42,518 nucleotides of DNA from an uncultured Sphingobium sp. GTDB taxonomy: Bacteria; Pseudomonadota; Alphaproteobacteria; Sphingomonadales; Sphingomonadaceae. Location of the stretch: positions 1 to 42,518 of the forward strand of contig CAYOZY010000001.1 of the NCBI GenBank assembly GCA_964408525.1, written 5' to 3'. The translations under genes and the position numbers were made by a program. The stretch's first letter is position 1. Each line of letters opens with the position of its first letter. Below are positions 27,731 to 37,670 of this stretch, piece after piece. The notes beneath the pieces are model-generated. The model was not told the origin of the DNA and searched no databases. It saw only the letters and a list, made by a program, of their open reading frames with translations.

Positions 27731-28707
27731 GCAAGGCCGCTGACGCGCGCCTCATGCGCGCCGCCATCGCCCTTTCGCTGCGTGGCCTGGGGCGCACCTC
27801 GCCCAACCCCAATGTCGGTTGCCTGATCGTGCGGGGAGATGCGATCGTCGGGCGCGGCTGGACCCAGCCGGGAGGCAGGCCCCATGCCGAAGCGCAGGCG
27901 CTGGAGCAAGCCGAAGGCCAGACCCACGGCGCGACCGTCTATATAAGTCTGGAGCCGTGCTTCCATCTTAGCCCCCGCGGGCCGCGCTGTGTCGAGCTGT
28001 TGGAGGGCGCCGGAATCGCGCACGTCGTCATTGCCGCGACCGACCCGGACCCGCGCACAAACGGCCAGAGCATCCGATGGCTGCGAGAGCGCGGCATCGC
28101 AGTCGAAACGGGAGTGCTGGAGAGCGAAGCCCGCGCCGCCATGGGCGGGTTTTTCCTGCGTCAGACGCTGGGGCGGCCCTTGGTAACGCTGAAACTGGGA
28201 CTATCGCTCGATGGATGCATCGCCATGGCCGACGGCACGAGCCAGTGGATCACAGGCGCGGCGGCGCGCGCGCATGCCCATGTCGAGCGCGCCTGCCACG
28301 AGGCGATACTAGTGGGGCGCGGCACATGGTGGGCGGACGCTCCTCGGCTCGATGTGCGTCTGCCCGGTTTGGAGGAGCGCAGCCCGCGCCGGATCATGCT
28401 GGGGCATGGCGACGCGCCGGAGGGGTGGGAAATCATCGATGACCCGGCGCGTATCGCCGATCTCGATGCCGTTTCGCGGCTGATGGTCGAGGGCGGGGCG
28501 CAAACCGCCGCGGCCTTCCTCGCTGCGGACCTTGTCGACCGGCTGTTGCTCTATCGCGCGCCCATCGTCATTGGCGGCGGCAAGGGAGCGGTGGGCGATC
28601 TCGGCCTCGCTACGCTCGATGCCGCCCACGGGCGCTGGCGGCTGCTGGATCGGCGCGCGCTCGGCGCCGACACGGTTGAGGTTTACGCGCGAAACAGAGG
28701 CGGCTAG
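27727..28707 (+). CDS. ribD: Bifunctional riboflavin deaminase/reductase RibD
   Basis: PNPNVGC, HAE, LEPCFH...PRC, SLDG, VEGGA. Confidence 0.95.
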   Translation: MSKAADARLMRAAIALSLRGLGRTSPNPNVGCLIVRGDAIVGRGWTQPGGRPHAEAQALEQAEGQTHGATVYISLEPCFHLSPRGPRCVELLEGAGIAHVVIAATDPDPRTNGQSIRWLRERGIAVETGVLESEARAAMGGFFLRQTLGRPLVTLKLGLSLDGCIAMADGTSQWITGAAARAHAHVERACHEAILVGRGTWWADAPRLDVRLPGLEERSPRRIMLGHGDAPEGWEIIDDPARIADLDAVSRLMVEGGAQTAAAFLAADLVDRLLLYRAPIVIGGGKGAVGDLGLATLDAAHGRWRLLDRRALGADTVEVYARNRGG

Positions 28708-28716
28708 AGCGTTTTC

Positions 28717-29340
28717 ATGTTCACCGGCATCGTATCCGACATCGGCACCATCATCAGCGCGGAGCAGCGCGGCGATCTGCGCCTCTTCATATCCTGCGAC
28801 TATGCGGTGGACGAGGTCGCGATGGGCGCCTCGATCGCCTGCTCTGGCGTGTGCCTGACGGTGGTCGACAAGGGCGTGGACGGAGCGGGAAAGGGCTGGT
28901 TTGCGGTGGATGCCTCGGCGGAAACGGTGCGCCGCACCGCTCCGGGCATGTGGCAGGAAGGGCAAAGGCTCAACCTCGAACGTGCGCTGAAGCTCGGTGA
29001 TGAACTGGGCGGGCATATCGTCACCGGCCATGTTGATGGCCTTGCTCGGGTGATCGGCGTTCGCACCGAGGGCGATTCGCGCAATATAGGCTTTACCGTT
29101 GCCGCGGACATCGCACCTTTCATCGCGCCCAAGGGGTCGGTAACGCTCGATGGCGTATCGCTGACCGTCAACGAGGTGCGCGACGAGGGTGAGGAAGCGC
29201 ATTTCACCGTCAATATTATCCCGCATACATGGGAGGTGACGATATTGAGCCGGCTGGACACAGGGGCGCAGGTCAACGTGGAGATAGATGTGCTCGCCCG
29301 CTATCTGGCGCGGCTCAAGGAACGGTTTACCGTTATCTGA
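28717..29340 (+). CDS. ribE: Riboflavin synthase (alpha chain)
   Basis: MFTGIV, GVCLTV, NLERAL, GGHIVTGHVD. Confidence 0.96.
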   Translation: MFTGIVSDIGTIISAEQRGDLRLFISCDYAVDEVAMGASIACSGVCLTVVDKGVDGAGKGWFAVDASAETVRRTAPGMWQEGQRLNLERALKLGDELGGHIVTGHVDGLARVIGVRTEGDSRNIGFTVAADIAPFIAPKGSVTLDGVSLTVNEVRDEGEEAHFTVNIIPHTWEVTILSRLDTGAQVNVEIDVLARYLARLKERFTVI

Positions 29341-29379
29341 TGTGATTATTGCATATTGACTATCACACCATGATGTGAT
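29341..29379. promoter_or_regulatory. Operator-like TGTGAT/ATCACA repeats upstream of the HTH-ribB gene
   Basis: TGTGAT 29341-46, ATCACA 29362-67, TGTGAT 29374-79; TTGACT at 29356. Confidence 0.5.
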
Positions 29380-29390
29380 TTTCAGAGTTT

Positions 29391-30668
29391 ATGTCTACGC
29401 ACCTCATCGAACAGATCGAAGATCTCATCACCACGGGCGCGATGTCGCGCTCCGGCCTTGCCCGCGCCGCAGGGCTGCATGCCAACAGCCTGCGGAAGCT
29501 GGGCGAGGCGGACTGGAACCCGACCGCTGACACTCTCGGCAAGCTCGAAACCTATCTCGCGAAACGGGAGGGCGGCACGGCGCTCGCCAGCCCGGAAGAG
29601 ATCATTAACGAAGCGCGCAACGGGCGCATGTTCATTCTGGTCGATGACGAGGACCGCGAGAATGAGGGCGATCTTGTCATCCCCGCGCAAATGGCGACGC
29701 CCGACGCGATCAACTTCATGGCGACGTATGGCCGCGGGTTGATCTGCCTTGCGCTCACCAGGGACCGGGTCGACCAGCTCGGCCTCGACCTGATGAGCCG
29801 CGCCAACGGCACCCGTCATGAAACCGCGTTTACAGTTTCGATCGAGGCGCGCGAAGGCGTGACCACCGGCATATCAGCCGCCGACCGAGCCCGCACCATT
29901 GCGGTTGCCATCGACGCGTCCAAGGGGCGGCAGGATCTGGTGACGCCGGGTCATGTGTTTCCGCTGGTCGCGCGCGATGGCGGCGTGCTCATTCGCACCG
30001 GCCACACCGAGGCTGCGGTCGATGTCGCGCGCCTCGCCGGACTCAATCCTTCGGGCGTGATCTGCGAGATCATGAAGGACGACGGTACGATGGCCCGCCT
30101 CGATGACCTCGTTCCCTTTGCGCAAAAGCACAGGATGAAGATCGGCACCATCCGCGACCTGATCGCCTATCGCCGCCGCCATGACCATATGCTTGAAAAG
30201 CGGGAAGAGGCGCGTTTTCAAAGCCTGTGGGGCGGGGAGTGGAAGGCGATCACCTTCTACAACCGCGCCACGCAATCCGACCAGATCGTGTTACAAAAAG
30301 GCCATGTCGACCCAGACAAGCCGACGCTGGTGCGCATGCATCAGCTGACCCTTCTGGAAGACGGCTTTGGCGCAATCGGCCCGCGCGCCAATATCCTGTC
30401 GCGTTCCATGGAGATCATCAGCGAGGAAGGCGCAGGCATTATCGTTGTGATAAACCGTCGGACGCCTGATCAGTTCGGCCAGCTCCTTCGCGCCTATGCG
30501 GGTGGGATGCGCGATATGGACGAGCTGCGCGATTATGGCGTGGGCGCGCAAATTCTGGCGGAAATGGGCGTGCACGACATGACATTGCTGACCAACAGTA
30601 GCCACAGCCTGATCGCGCTCGACGGCTATGGCCTTGCCGTGGTCGGCCAGCGCTCCATCGACCTCTGA
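29391..30668 (+). CDS. ribB: DHBP synthase RibB with N-terminal HTH and degenerate C-terminal RibA-like domain
   Basis: [39 protein letters not shown]; ~60-aa N-terminal HTH-like segment; the C-terminal domain lacks the Zn cysteines. Confidence 0.92.
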   Translation: MSTHLIEQIEDLITTGAMSRSGLARAAGLHANSLRKLGEADWNPTADTLGKLETYLAKREGGTALASPEEIINEARNGRMFILVDDEDRENEGDLVIPAQMATPDAINFMATYGRGLICLALTRDRVDQLGLDLMSRANGTRHETAFTVSIEAREGVTTGISAADRARTIAVAIDASKGRQDLVTPGHVFPLVARDGGVLIRTGHTEAAVDVARLAGLNPSGVICEIMKDDGTMARLDDLVPFAQKHRMKIGTIRDLIAYRRRHDHMLEKREEARFQSLWGGEWKAITFYNRATQSDQIVLQKGHVDPDKPTLVRMHQLTLLEDGFGAIGPRANILSRSMEIISEEGAGIIVVINRRTPDQFGQLLRAYAGGMRDMDELRDYGVGAQILAEMGVHDMTLLTNSSHSLIALDGYGLAVVGQRSIDL

Positions 30669-30693
30669 ACCCATTTTCTCGTAGGAGACCCTC

Positions 30694-31116
30694 GTGGCGA
30701 AATTCCTCATCGTCGAAGCGCGCTGGTATGATCATCTTAACGATCTGCTGATCGAGGGCGCGGTGACGGCACTCGAAGCCGCCGGGCACAGTCACGAAGT
30801 CCTGACCGTGCCGGGATCGCTGGAGATACCGGCGGCCATCGCCATGGCGGCAGAAAGCGGCGGCTATGACGGTTTTATCGCCATTGGTGTGGTGATTCGC
30901 GGTGAGACCTATCATTTCGAGATCGTGTCGAACGAAAGCGCGCGCGGCCTGATGGCGCTGACGCTGGACGGTATCGTCATCGGCAACGGCATATTGACGG
31001 TGGAGAACGAAGCGCAGGCGCTTGCCCGCGCCCGCCCGGACGAAAAGGACAAGGGCGGCGAGGCCGCGAAAGCCGCGATCCGCATGCTGGAGATTCGCGA
31101 TAAATTCGCCAACTAA
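30694..31116 (+). CDS. ribH: Lumazine synthase
   Basis: [30 protein letters not shown]. Confidence 0.95.
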   Translation: MAKFLIVEARWYDHLNDLLIEGAVTALEAAGHSHEVLTVPGSLEIPAAIAMAAESGGYDGFIAIGVVIRGETYHFEIVSNESARGLMALTLDGIVIGNGILTVENEAQALARARPDEKDKGGEAAKAAIRMLEIRDKFAN

Positions 31117-31163
31117 AGCCGGATCGCGCGCTTTGTCCTTGCGGTGAAGCGGCCTGCGCCTAA

Positions 31164-31841
31164 ATGAGAGGCATGGCCAAAACGAACCTGCCCGATGATC
31201 CGACGCTGGACGAGGTGCGCGCCGCGCTGGCGCCGCTGGTCGCGCGCAATGCTGCATTCGATGGCTGGTCCGCGCAAGCGGTGGAGATGGCAGCGGGGCA
31301 GGCAGGCGTTGCGCCGGAGATTGCCGCGCTGGCCTTCGATGGCGGGCCGATGGCGATGATCGAGGCGTGGGTCGCGCATGTGGACGAGGCGATGCTGGCC
31401 GCCTGCCCCCCCGAGAAGCTCGCCGCAATGAAGGTGCGCGAGCGCATCCTCGCGCTGGTGGAGGCACGGCTCGACCTGGTAGCGCGCGACAAGGAGGCGC
31501 TGCGGCGGGCGATGGCGATCATGGCGATGCCGCTCAATCTCGTCCGTTCAGCGAAGCTCGACTGGCGCTCGGCGGACCGGATGTGGCGCGCGGCGGGCGA
31601 TGCGGCGACGGACTATAATCACTACACCAAGCGGGTTCTGCTCGGCAGCATCTATGCGGCAACGCTGGTCGCTTTTCTTGACGACGAGAGCGAGCGGCAT
31701 GAGGAAACGCGCGCGTTCCTTGCGCGGCGGATCGACGGCGTGATGCGGTTCGAAAAGGCCAAGGCGCGGTTTTCCGCACGATCGGAACAGCGGCCCAGCC
31801 TCGCGCGTTTTGTGGGGCGCTTGCGCTATCACGCGCGCTGA
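31164..31841 (+). CDS. COQ9 family ubiquinone biosynthesis protein
   Basis: AFDGWS, DRMWRAAGDAATDYNHYTKR, FLARRIDGVMRFEK. Confidence 0.85.
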   Translation: MRGMAKTNLPDDPTLDEVRAALAPLVARNAAFDGWSAQAVEMAAGQAGVAPEIAALAFDGGPMAMIEAWVAHVDEAMLAACPPEKLAAMKVRERILALVEARLDLVARDKEALRRAMAIMAMPLNLVRSAKLDWRSADRMWRAAGDAATDYNHYTKRVLLGSIYAATLVAFLDDESERHEETRAFLARRIDGVMRFEKAKARFSARSEQRPSLARFVGRLRYHAR

Positions 31842-31916
31842 ATATTGGGCCGCAAGCTGGTTCAGGCGCAATTCAAAGGCGCTTTTCTATCAAGGCGAAC
31901 CCATCAGGAGCCGGAA

Positions 31917-32573
31917 ATGACCATAGTTCGTATCGCCCCCTTCGCCGCCTGCCTCGTAGCGCTCGCCCCCGCCACCATGCCAGCATGGTCGGCGCCGCCC
32001 GCGCCAGTACAGAGCAGCGAAGCGAAGGATCTGGCGCAAGTCAGCGCCTATATCCGCGCGGTCAAAAGCCTGACCGCGAGCTTTGCCCAGACCGACCGCA
32101 ACGGCCAGACCCTGACCGGGCAGCTCACACTGAAGCAGCCGGGCAAGATCCGCTTTCAATATCATCAGGGCGTGCCGCTGTTGATCGTGGGTGACGGCCG
32201 GGCGCTGACGATGATCGACTATGAGGTGCGGCAGGTGCAGCGCTGGCCGATCGGTAGCTCGCCGTTGGGCGCGCTTATCGATCCCTCGCGCGATTTCACG
32301 AAATTCAGCAAGGTCATCCAGACCGGCGATCCTACCATCGTCTCTGTCGAGGCGCATGACCCCAGGCGCCCCGAATATGGCACGATCACGTTGATTTTCC
32401 GGCGCAGCGCCTCCGCGCCGGCGGGCCTTGATCTTTACGGCTGGGTTGCTCGCGATGCCCAGGGCAACCGGACGGCGGTGCGCCTCTCCGGCACCCGGTA
32501 TAACGGGCCGGTTGCCGACAGCGCCTTCCGCTGGAAGGATCCCCGAGTGAAAAGCCGCCCCGGCGGCGGCTGA
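31917..32573 (+). CDS. lolA: Outer membrane lipoprotein carrier LolA family protein
   Basis: Signal peptide, LTASFAQ, GQLTLKQPGKIRFQY, LIVGDG. Confidence 0.85.
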   Translation: MTIVRIAPFAACLVALAPATMPAWSAPPAPVQSSEAKDLAQVSAYIRAVKSLTASFAQTDRNGQTLTGQLTLKQPGKIRFQYHQGVPLLIVGDGRALTMIDYEVRQVQRWPIGSSPLGALIDPSRDFTKFSKVIQTGDPTIVSVEAHDPRRPEYGTITLIFRRSASAPAGLDLYGWVARDAQGNRTAVRLSGTRYNGPVADSAFRWKDPRVKSRPGGG

Positions 32574-32669
32574 ACGGGCGAGGGCAGCGACGAACTGCAT
32601 CGGGCCGAATAAATATTCAGCTTCGTTCATCGTGGCGACAGCCTGAATCGAGTAGAAGCATTTCAACGA

Positions 32670-32782
32670 CAAAGGCGACGGTCGGGCTTCCCCCTGTTAC
32701 CCGGTCCTAGCCATTGCCAGTGCGCCGCGAGGCGCAAATCGAGGCCCCCGCTCCAACGCCCCCGGAGCGGGGGTCTTACTGT
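32670..32782 (+). ncRNA. Candidate intergenic small RNA (three hairpins)
   Basis: Hairpin with CTTCCCCCTGTTA loop, GCGA-tetraloop hairpin TGCGCC/GGCGCA, and a long terminal hairpin with a C-rich loop. Confidence 0.4.
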
Positions 32783-32865
32783 TCCGGCAGCGCCCCCGAC
32801 CAGCGGAAATATTCCATGCTCACCCCGCTTGCGTCCCCGGCCCGCGCCCCCTAGGGGAAAGAGCC

Positions 32866-33660
32866 ATGCCTCAGAATATCAAAATCGCCTCATGGAATAT
32901 CAACAGCGTCCGTGCCCGCCTCGACATCGTCACCCGCTTCCTCTCGGAAGAAGCGCCGGACATTCTCTGCCTTCAGGAAACCAAGGTCACGGACGATGTG
33001 TTTCCCGGCGGCATGTTCCGCCAGATGGGCTATAACCACCATATATTGCATGGCCAGCCGATGCATCATGGCGTGGCGATCGTGAGCCGCATCCCGATCC
33101 GCGAGGACGACCGTCTCGACTGGCAGGCCAATGGCGAGGCGCGGCATGTCGGCGTGCGGCTCGACAATGGCGTGCGGCTGGAAAATGTCTATGTGCCCGC
33201 CGGCGGTGACGTGCCCGCCCGTGAGGCAAATCCCAAATTCGGGCAGAAGCTTGATTTCATCGAGCGGATGATCGGCTGGGCTGGCAAGCTCGACAAACCG
33301 ACGATCCTGACCGGTGATTTCAACATCGCCCCGCTCGAATCGGATGTGTGGAGCCACAAGCAGCTTGTCGATGTCGTGAGCCATACCCCGGTCGAGGTCG
33401 ATCTTCTGGGGCGGCTTCAGGCGGCGCATGACTGGGTCGACATCGGGCGGAAATTCTTCCCCGCGCCGGAGCGGCTCTACACCTGGTGGAGCTATCGCGC
33501 GCGCGACTGGCAAGCGTCCGACCGGGGCCGCAGGCTCGATCATATGTGGGTCAGCCCGGAGCTGGCGGAAAAAGCGGTGAGCCACAAGGTTGTCGAGGCG
33601 TGCCGCAACTGGGCGCGGCCATCCGACCATGCGCCGCTGATAACGGAATTCGCCTTCTGA
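32866..33660 (+). CDS. xth: Exodeoxyribonuclease III
   Basis: SWNINSVR, LQETK, GDFNIAP, YTWWSYR, RRLDH, PSDHAP. Confidence 0.95.
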   Translation: MPQNIKIASWNINSVRARLDIVTRFLSEEAPDILCLQETKVTDDVFPGGMFRQMGYNHHILHGQPMHHGVAIVSRIPIREDDRLDWQANGEARHVGVRLDNGVRLENVYVPAGGDVPAREANPKFGQKLDFIERMIGWAGKLDKPTILTGDFNIAPLESDVWSHKQLVDVVSHTPVEVDLLGRLQAAHDWVDIGRKFFPAPERLYTWWSYRARDWQASDRGRRLDHMWVSPELAEKAVSHKVVEACRNWARPSDHAPLITEFAF

Positions 33661-34733
33661 TGGCGGCGCCCTCGGCCGCCCGCGATGTCGCCCGCGCAAT
33701 CGACGCGCTGCGGCGGGGCTGGCCGATTGAGATAGTGGCCGGTGCGGAGCGGCTCCTTCTGCTGGCAGTTGAGAGCGCGGACGAAGCCAGCTTGCCGCTG
33801 TTCGATCCGGCGGGCGAGGCGGATATCCTGATTTCCGCAGCGCGCGCGCAGACGCTTCATCTCGCCAATCAGCGCGAGGCGGCCGACCCGGAAGCACCCG
33901 TGCTCGTGCAGCGCGAACGCTGGATCGACATGGCGGGCGCGATGGCACTGGCAGACCCGGTGCGCGATCTCGCGACGCCGCTCAAGGGGCCGTATCGTGC
34001 GCTTGCGCTTGAAATGCCGCTGGCGGCAGCGGCGGCCTTGAAGTTGGCGCGGCTGGCGGGAATATTGCCTGCCTTTTTCGTTGCGTCCGGCCCGGTCGCG
34101 GCTGAGGCAAGCGCTGTTGCCGATGCGATAGGCGCCTTTGCCGGAGCGCCGCAACTGCATATCGCAACCCGCGCGCGCCTGCCCGTTGCGGCTTCGGAGG
34201 TGGGTGAGATCGTCGCCTTTCGCACACCGGGCGACCCGCGCGAGCATGTCGCGCTCATCATCGGAAAGCGCGACGGCAGTGTCCCAGTGGTGCGATTGCA
34301 CAGCGAGTGCCTGACCGGCGATGTGCTGGGCAGCCTCAAATGCGATTGCGGGCCGCAGCTCCATGGCGCGCTTTACCAGATAGCGGACGCGCAATGGGGC
34401 GTGCTGCTCTATCTGCGGCAGGAAGGGCGGGGCATCGGCCTCATCAACAAGCTGCGAGCCTATGCGCTTCAGGATCAGGGCTTCGACACTGTCGATGCCA
34501 ACACTCGTCTCGGTTTCGCGATCGACGCGCGCGATTTTTCGGTGGCGGCGCAGATGCTCAAATTGCTCGGAATCGGCAAGGTCCGGCTGCTCACCAACAA
34601 TCCGGCGAAGGTCGCCGGACTAGAGGGGGAGGGGATAGACGTTAGCGAGCGTCTGCCGCTCGCTATCGAGGCAAACCCGCATAATGAGCGCTATCTCGAT
34701 ACCAAGCGGGACCGCACCGGCCACCAGCTATGA
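33660..34733 (+). CDS. ribA: GTP cyclohydrolase II with degenerate N-terminal RibB-like domain
   Basis: RLHSECLTGDVLGSLKCDCG, QEGRGIGL, LLTNNP; ATG overlaps the xth stop. Confidence 0.93.
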   Translation: MAAPSAARDVARAIDALRRGWPIEIVAGAERLLLLAVESADEASLPLFDPAGEADILISAARAQTLHLANQREAADPEAPVLVQRERWIDMAGAMALADPVRDLATPLKGPYRALALEMPLAAAAALKLARLAGILPAFFVASGPVAAEASAVADAIGAFAGAPQLHIATRARLPVAASEVGEIVAFRTPGDPREHVALIIGKRDGSVPVVRLHSECLTGDVLGSLKCDCGPQLHGALYQIADAQWGVLLYLRQEGRGIGLINKLRAYALQDQGFDTVDANTRLGFAIDARDFSVAAQMLKLLGIGKVRLLTNNPAKVAGLEGEGIDVSERLPLAIEANPHNERYLDTKRDRTGHQL

Positions 34734-35254
34734 GCCATATCGTGCGTGTAGACACCGCCGCGCGGACCTTGAGCTTCGATGGCCGGACCCTGGCCTGCGC
34801 CATCGGCAAGGGCGGTGCCTGCCCCGCTGCCGACAAGCGCGAGGGAGACGAGCGCACGCCGCTGGGCATATGGCCGATCCGCGGCGCACTGCTGAGGCCG
34901 GGGCGGGTGAGCCTCGCGGAAACGCCGCGCATCCCGTGGCGCTGGACGCGCGATAACGACGGTTGGTCCGATGGTTCGGACGACCCCGCCTATAACCGCC
35001 CGGTGTTGCTGCCCCATCGCTTTTCGCATGAGCGGCTGCAACGCGAGGATGCGGCCTATGACATCGTCATCGTGCTCGGCCACAATGACGCGCCGCCAGT
35101 CCCCGGCAACGGCAGCGCGATCTTCTGGCATATCTGGGTGCCCGATGGCGGTGGCTCGCCAAAGCAGACCGAAGGCTGCATCGCCATTGCGCGCGAGGAG
35201 ATGGAGCGGATCCTCCCCTTGTTGAAACGCGAAATGAGCATGGAAATCGGCTAA
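34730..35254 (+). CDS. L,D-transpeptidase (YkuD-like) family protein
   Basis: KREGDERTPLG and GSAIFWH...TEGCIA (His/Cys catalytic motif). Confidence 0.85.
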   Translation: MSHIVRVDTAARTLSFDGRTLACAIGKGGACPAADKREGDERTPLGIWPIRGALLRPGRVSLAETPRIPWRWTRDNDGWSDGSDDPAYNRPVLLPHRFSHERLQREDAAYDIVIVLGHNDAPPVPGNGSAIFWHIWVPDGGGSPKQTEGCIAIAREEMERILPLLKREMSMEIG

Positions 35255-37566
35255 ATCGGGTTCCCCATTTCATCGCGCAGCACTTCGCGGCGGCCAACAT
35301 GATTGGGCGCGCCGACCAGTCCTTCATTCTCCATCCGCTCGATGAGCCGGGCCGCGCTGTTATAGCCGATGCGCAATTGCCGCTGCAGCCAGCTGGTCGA
35401 GGCCTTCTGGTTCTCGAACACCAGCTGGCAAGCCTTGCGATAGAGCTGTGCGTCCGGGCTGTCATCACCCAGGTCGACGCCATCCAATGCGAAGCTGCCG
35501 TCCTCCGGCTCCTCGGTGACGGCCTGCACATAATCGGGCTTGCCCTGAGCACGCCAATGGTCGGCGACCGCGCGCACCTCGTCGTCGCTGACGAACGGCC
35601 CATGGACGCGGGTCAGCCCCTTGCCTCCCGCCATGTAGAGCATGTCGCCCTTGCCTAGCAGTTGCTCCGCGCCCTGTTCTCCAAGGATCGTGCGGCTGTC
35701 GATCTTGCTAGTGACGAAGAAGCTGATGCGCGTCGGCAGGTTCGCCTTGATGACGCCGGTAATGACGTCGACCGACGGGCGCTGCGTCGCAAGGATGAGG
35801 TGGATGCCCGCCGCGCGCGCCTTTTGCGCCAGCCGCTGGATCAGGAACTCGACCTCCTTGCCCGCCGTCATCATCAGGTCAGCCAGCTCGTCGACCACCA
35901 CCACGATCTGCGGCAGCGGCTGGAAATCGAGCTGTTCCTCCTCATAGATGGGCTGGTGGGTTTCGGGGTCGTAACCCGTCTGCACCTTGCGGCCCAGCGG
36001 CTTGCCCTTGGCCTTGGCCGCCCGCACTTTCTCGTTGTAGTTGGCGAGGTTGCGGACGGAAATCGACGCCATCATGCGATAGCGGTCCTCCATTTGTTCG
36101 ACTGCCCATTTCAATGCGCGGATCGCCTTGGCAGGCTCCGTCACCACCGGCGAGAGCAGGTGCGGGATGTCGTCATAGATGCTCAGCTCCAGCATCTTTG
36201 GGTCGATCATGATGAGGCGCAGATCGTCCGGTGTCATGCGATAGAGCAGCGAGAGGATCATCGCGTTGAGGCCGACCGACTTACCCGATCCGGTCGTGCC
36301 CGCGATCAGCAAGTGCGGCATGGGAGCGAGGTCGGCGATCACAGGCTCGCCGGAGATGTTCTTGCCAAGGATGATCGGCAATCCGCCCGTCTGGCCCGCG
36401 AAGGCATCACTGGTGATGAGTTCGCGAAACGAGACGCCTTCGCGTTTCGCATTGGGCAACTCGATGCCCATCACCGTGCGACCGGGGATGACCGCGACGC
36501 GCGCCGAAAGCGCCGACATGTTGCGGGCGATGTCGTCGGCGAGCTGGATCACACGGCTGGCCTTGATGCCCGGCGCCGGTTCCAGCTCATACATGGTGAC
36601 GACCGGACCGGGGCGCACCTCGATCACATTGCCGGTCACCTTGAAATCGTCGAGCACGGATTCGAGCAGGCGGGCGTTGCGTTCCAGCGCGGCCTTGTCG
36701 ATCTGCGGTGCGGAAGAGGGCTGCACTTCGGCCAGTAGTTCGGGCGTCGGCAGCGAGCTGTTGCCGAACAGGTCGTCCTGTCGCGCGGCGGAATTGCCGG
36801 GACGCTGGGCGGGGGGAAGCTCGGGCGACTGGATGCGGATGGGTGGCTTTGGTTCGTTAGAGACTTGCGCGCGCGGGGCGGAGGGTTTGCGCGGTTCGTC
36901 GTCCTCATCCTCATCGGCATAAGCCGGGGCAGGAGCGCGGCGGAAAAGGGCCAAACCGGGCAGGGGCGGCCAGGCAAAAGCAAGAAGCGGCCGTTCCAGC
37001 CTCCAGCTCTTGTAGCACATAGAGACCCCCGCCACGAGGAACAGCGCGACCAGCGCCCATTCCAGCCAATAGGCGGCGTTATGCGGCATCAGAGCGCTGA
37101 CGTTGCGATACTGGCGCACGAGAAGCTGCGCCAGCAACCCGCCTCGTCCCGCAGGAAGCTGCGGAGGCGGGCCGGACGACAGCAGCTCCAGCCCGATGCC
37201 CGACAGCAGGACGCCACCAAGGCAGAGCCATATCTGGCGGCCCCATCCGCGCATGTCATCGGCGATCCAGAGCCTGCGCGCGAAGGTGGCGATGAGCGGT
37301 AGTACGAGCGCTGCTCCAATGCCCAGCAACAGTAGCGCGGTTCCCGCCATCCATGCGCCGGGCAGGCCCATGACATTCTCGACAGCGCCGCCCGCCGCCG
37401 TGTTCGCGGATCGGTCGCTCTCATGGTAGCCGAGCAGGGCGAGCGACAGGAAAACCACGAGCGCACCCAACGCTAGCGATCCCATGATCTGGCCCGTGCG
37501 CACAAGGCTGCGTTTCATCATGATGCGCCAATCCGCATCGCGCTTGGCCGGTGCCCGGCTGGCCAT
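35251..37566 (-). CDS. ftsK: DNA translocase FtsK
   Basis: N-terminal TM domain, GPVVTMYE, PHLLIAGTTGSGKS, ATQRPSVDV, gamma domain LQRQLRIGYNSAARLIE. Confidence 0.97.
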   Translation of the reverse strand: MASRAPAKRDADWRIMMKRSLVRTGQIMGSLALGALVVFLSLALLGYHESDRSANTAAGGAVENVMGLPGAWMAGTALLLLGIGAALVLPLIATFARRLWIADDMRGWGRQIWLCLGGVLLSGIGLELLSSGPPPQLPAGRGGLLAQLLVRQYRNVSALMPHNAAYWLEWALVALFLVAGVSMCYKSWRLERPLLAFAWPPLPGLALFRRAPAPAYADEDEDDEPRKPSAPRAQVSNEPKPPIRIQSPELPPAQRPGNSAARQDDLFGNSSLPTPELLAEVQPSSAPQIDKAALERNARLLESVLDDFKVTGNVIEVRPGPVVTMYELEPAPGIKASRVIQLADDIARNMSALSARVAVIPGRTVMGIELPNAKREGVSFRELITSDAFAGQTGGLPIILGKNISGEPVIADLAPMPHLLIAGTTGSGKSVGLNAMILSLLYRMTPDDLRLIMIDPKMLELSIYDDIPHLLSPVVTEPAKAIRALKWAVEQMEDRYRMMASISVRNLANYNEKVRAAKAKGKPLGRKVQTGYDPETHQPIYEEEQLDFQPLPQIVVVVDELADLMMTAGKEVEFLIQRLAQKARAAGIHLILATQRPSVDVITGVIKANLPTRISFFVTSKIDSRTILGEQGAEQLLGKGDMLYMAGGKGLTRVHGPFVSDDEVRAVADHWRAQGKPDYVQAVTEEPEDGSFALDGVDLGDDSPDAQLYRKACQLVFENQKASTSWLQRQLRIGYNSAARLIERMENEGLVGAPNHVGRREVLRDEMGNPI

Positions 37567-37670
37567 GACCTTGATCCCCGATATTTCCGATTTGTTCCGT
37601 TTTCGGACAATGCCCTGTGGCGGGACTCCGCGTCAAGAGTCGGCGTGAGGGAGGCGGGATGAGTCGAGTC

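Noticed and set aside
33151-33179. Short direct repeat GGCGTGCGGCT in xth
   Set aside because: It is in-frame coding sequence (GVRL-DN-GVRL) with no sign of mobility
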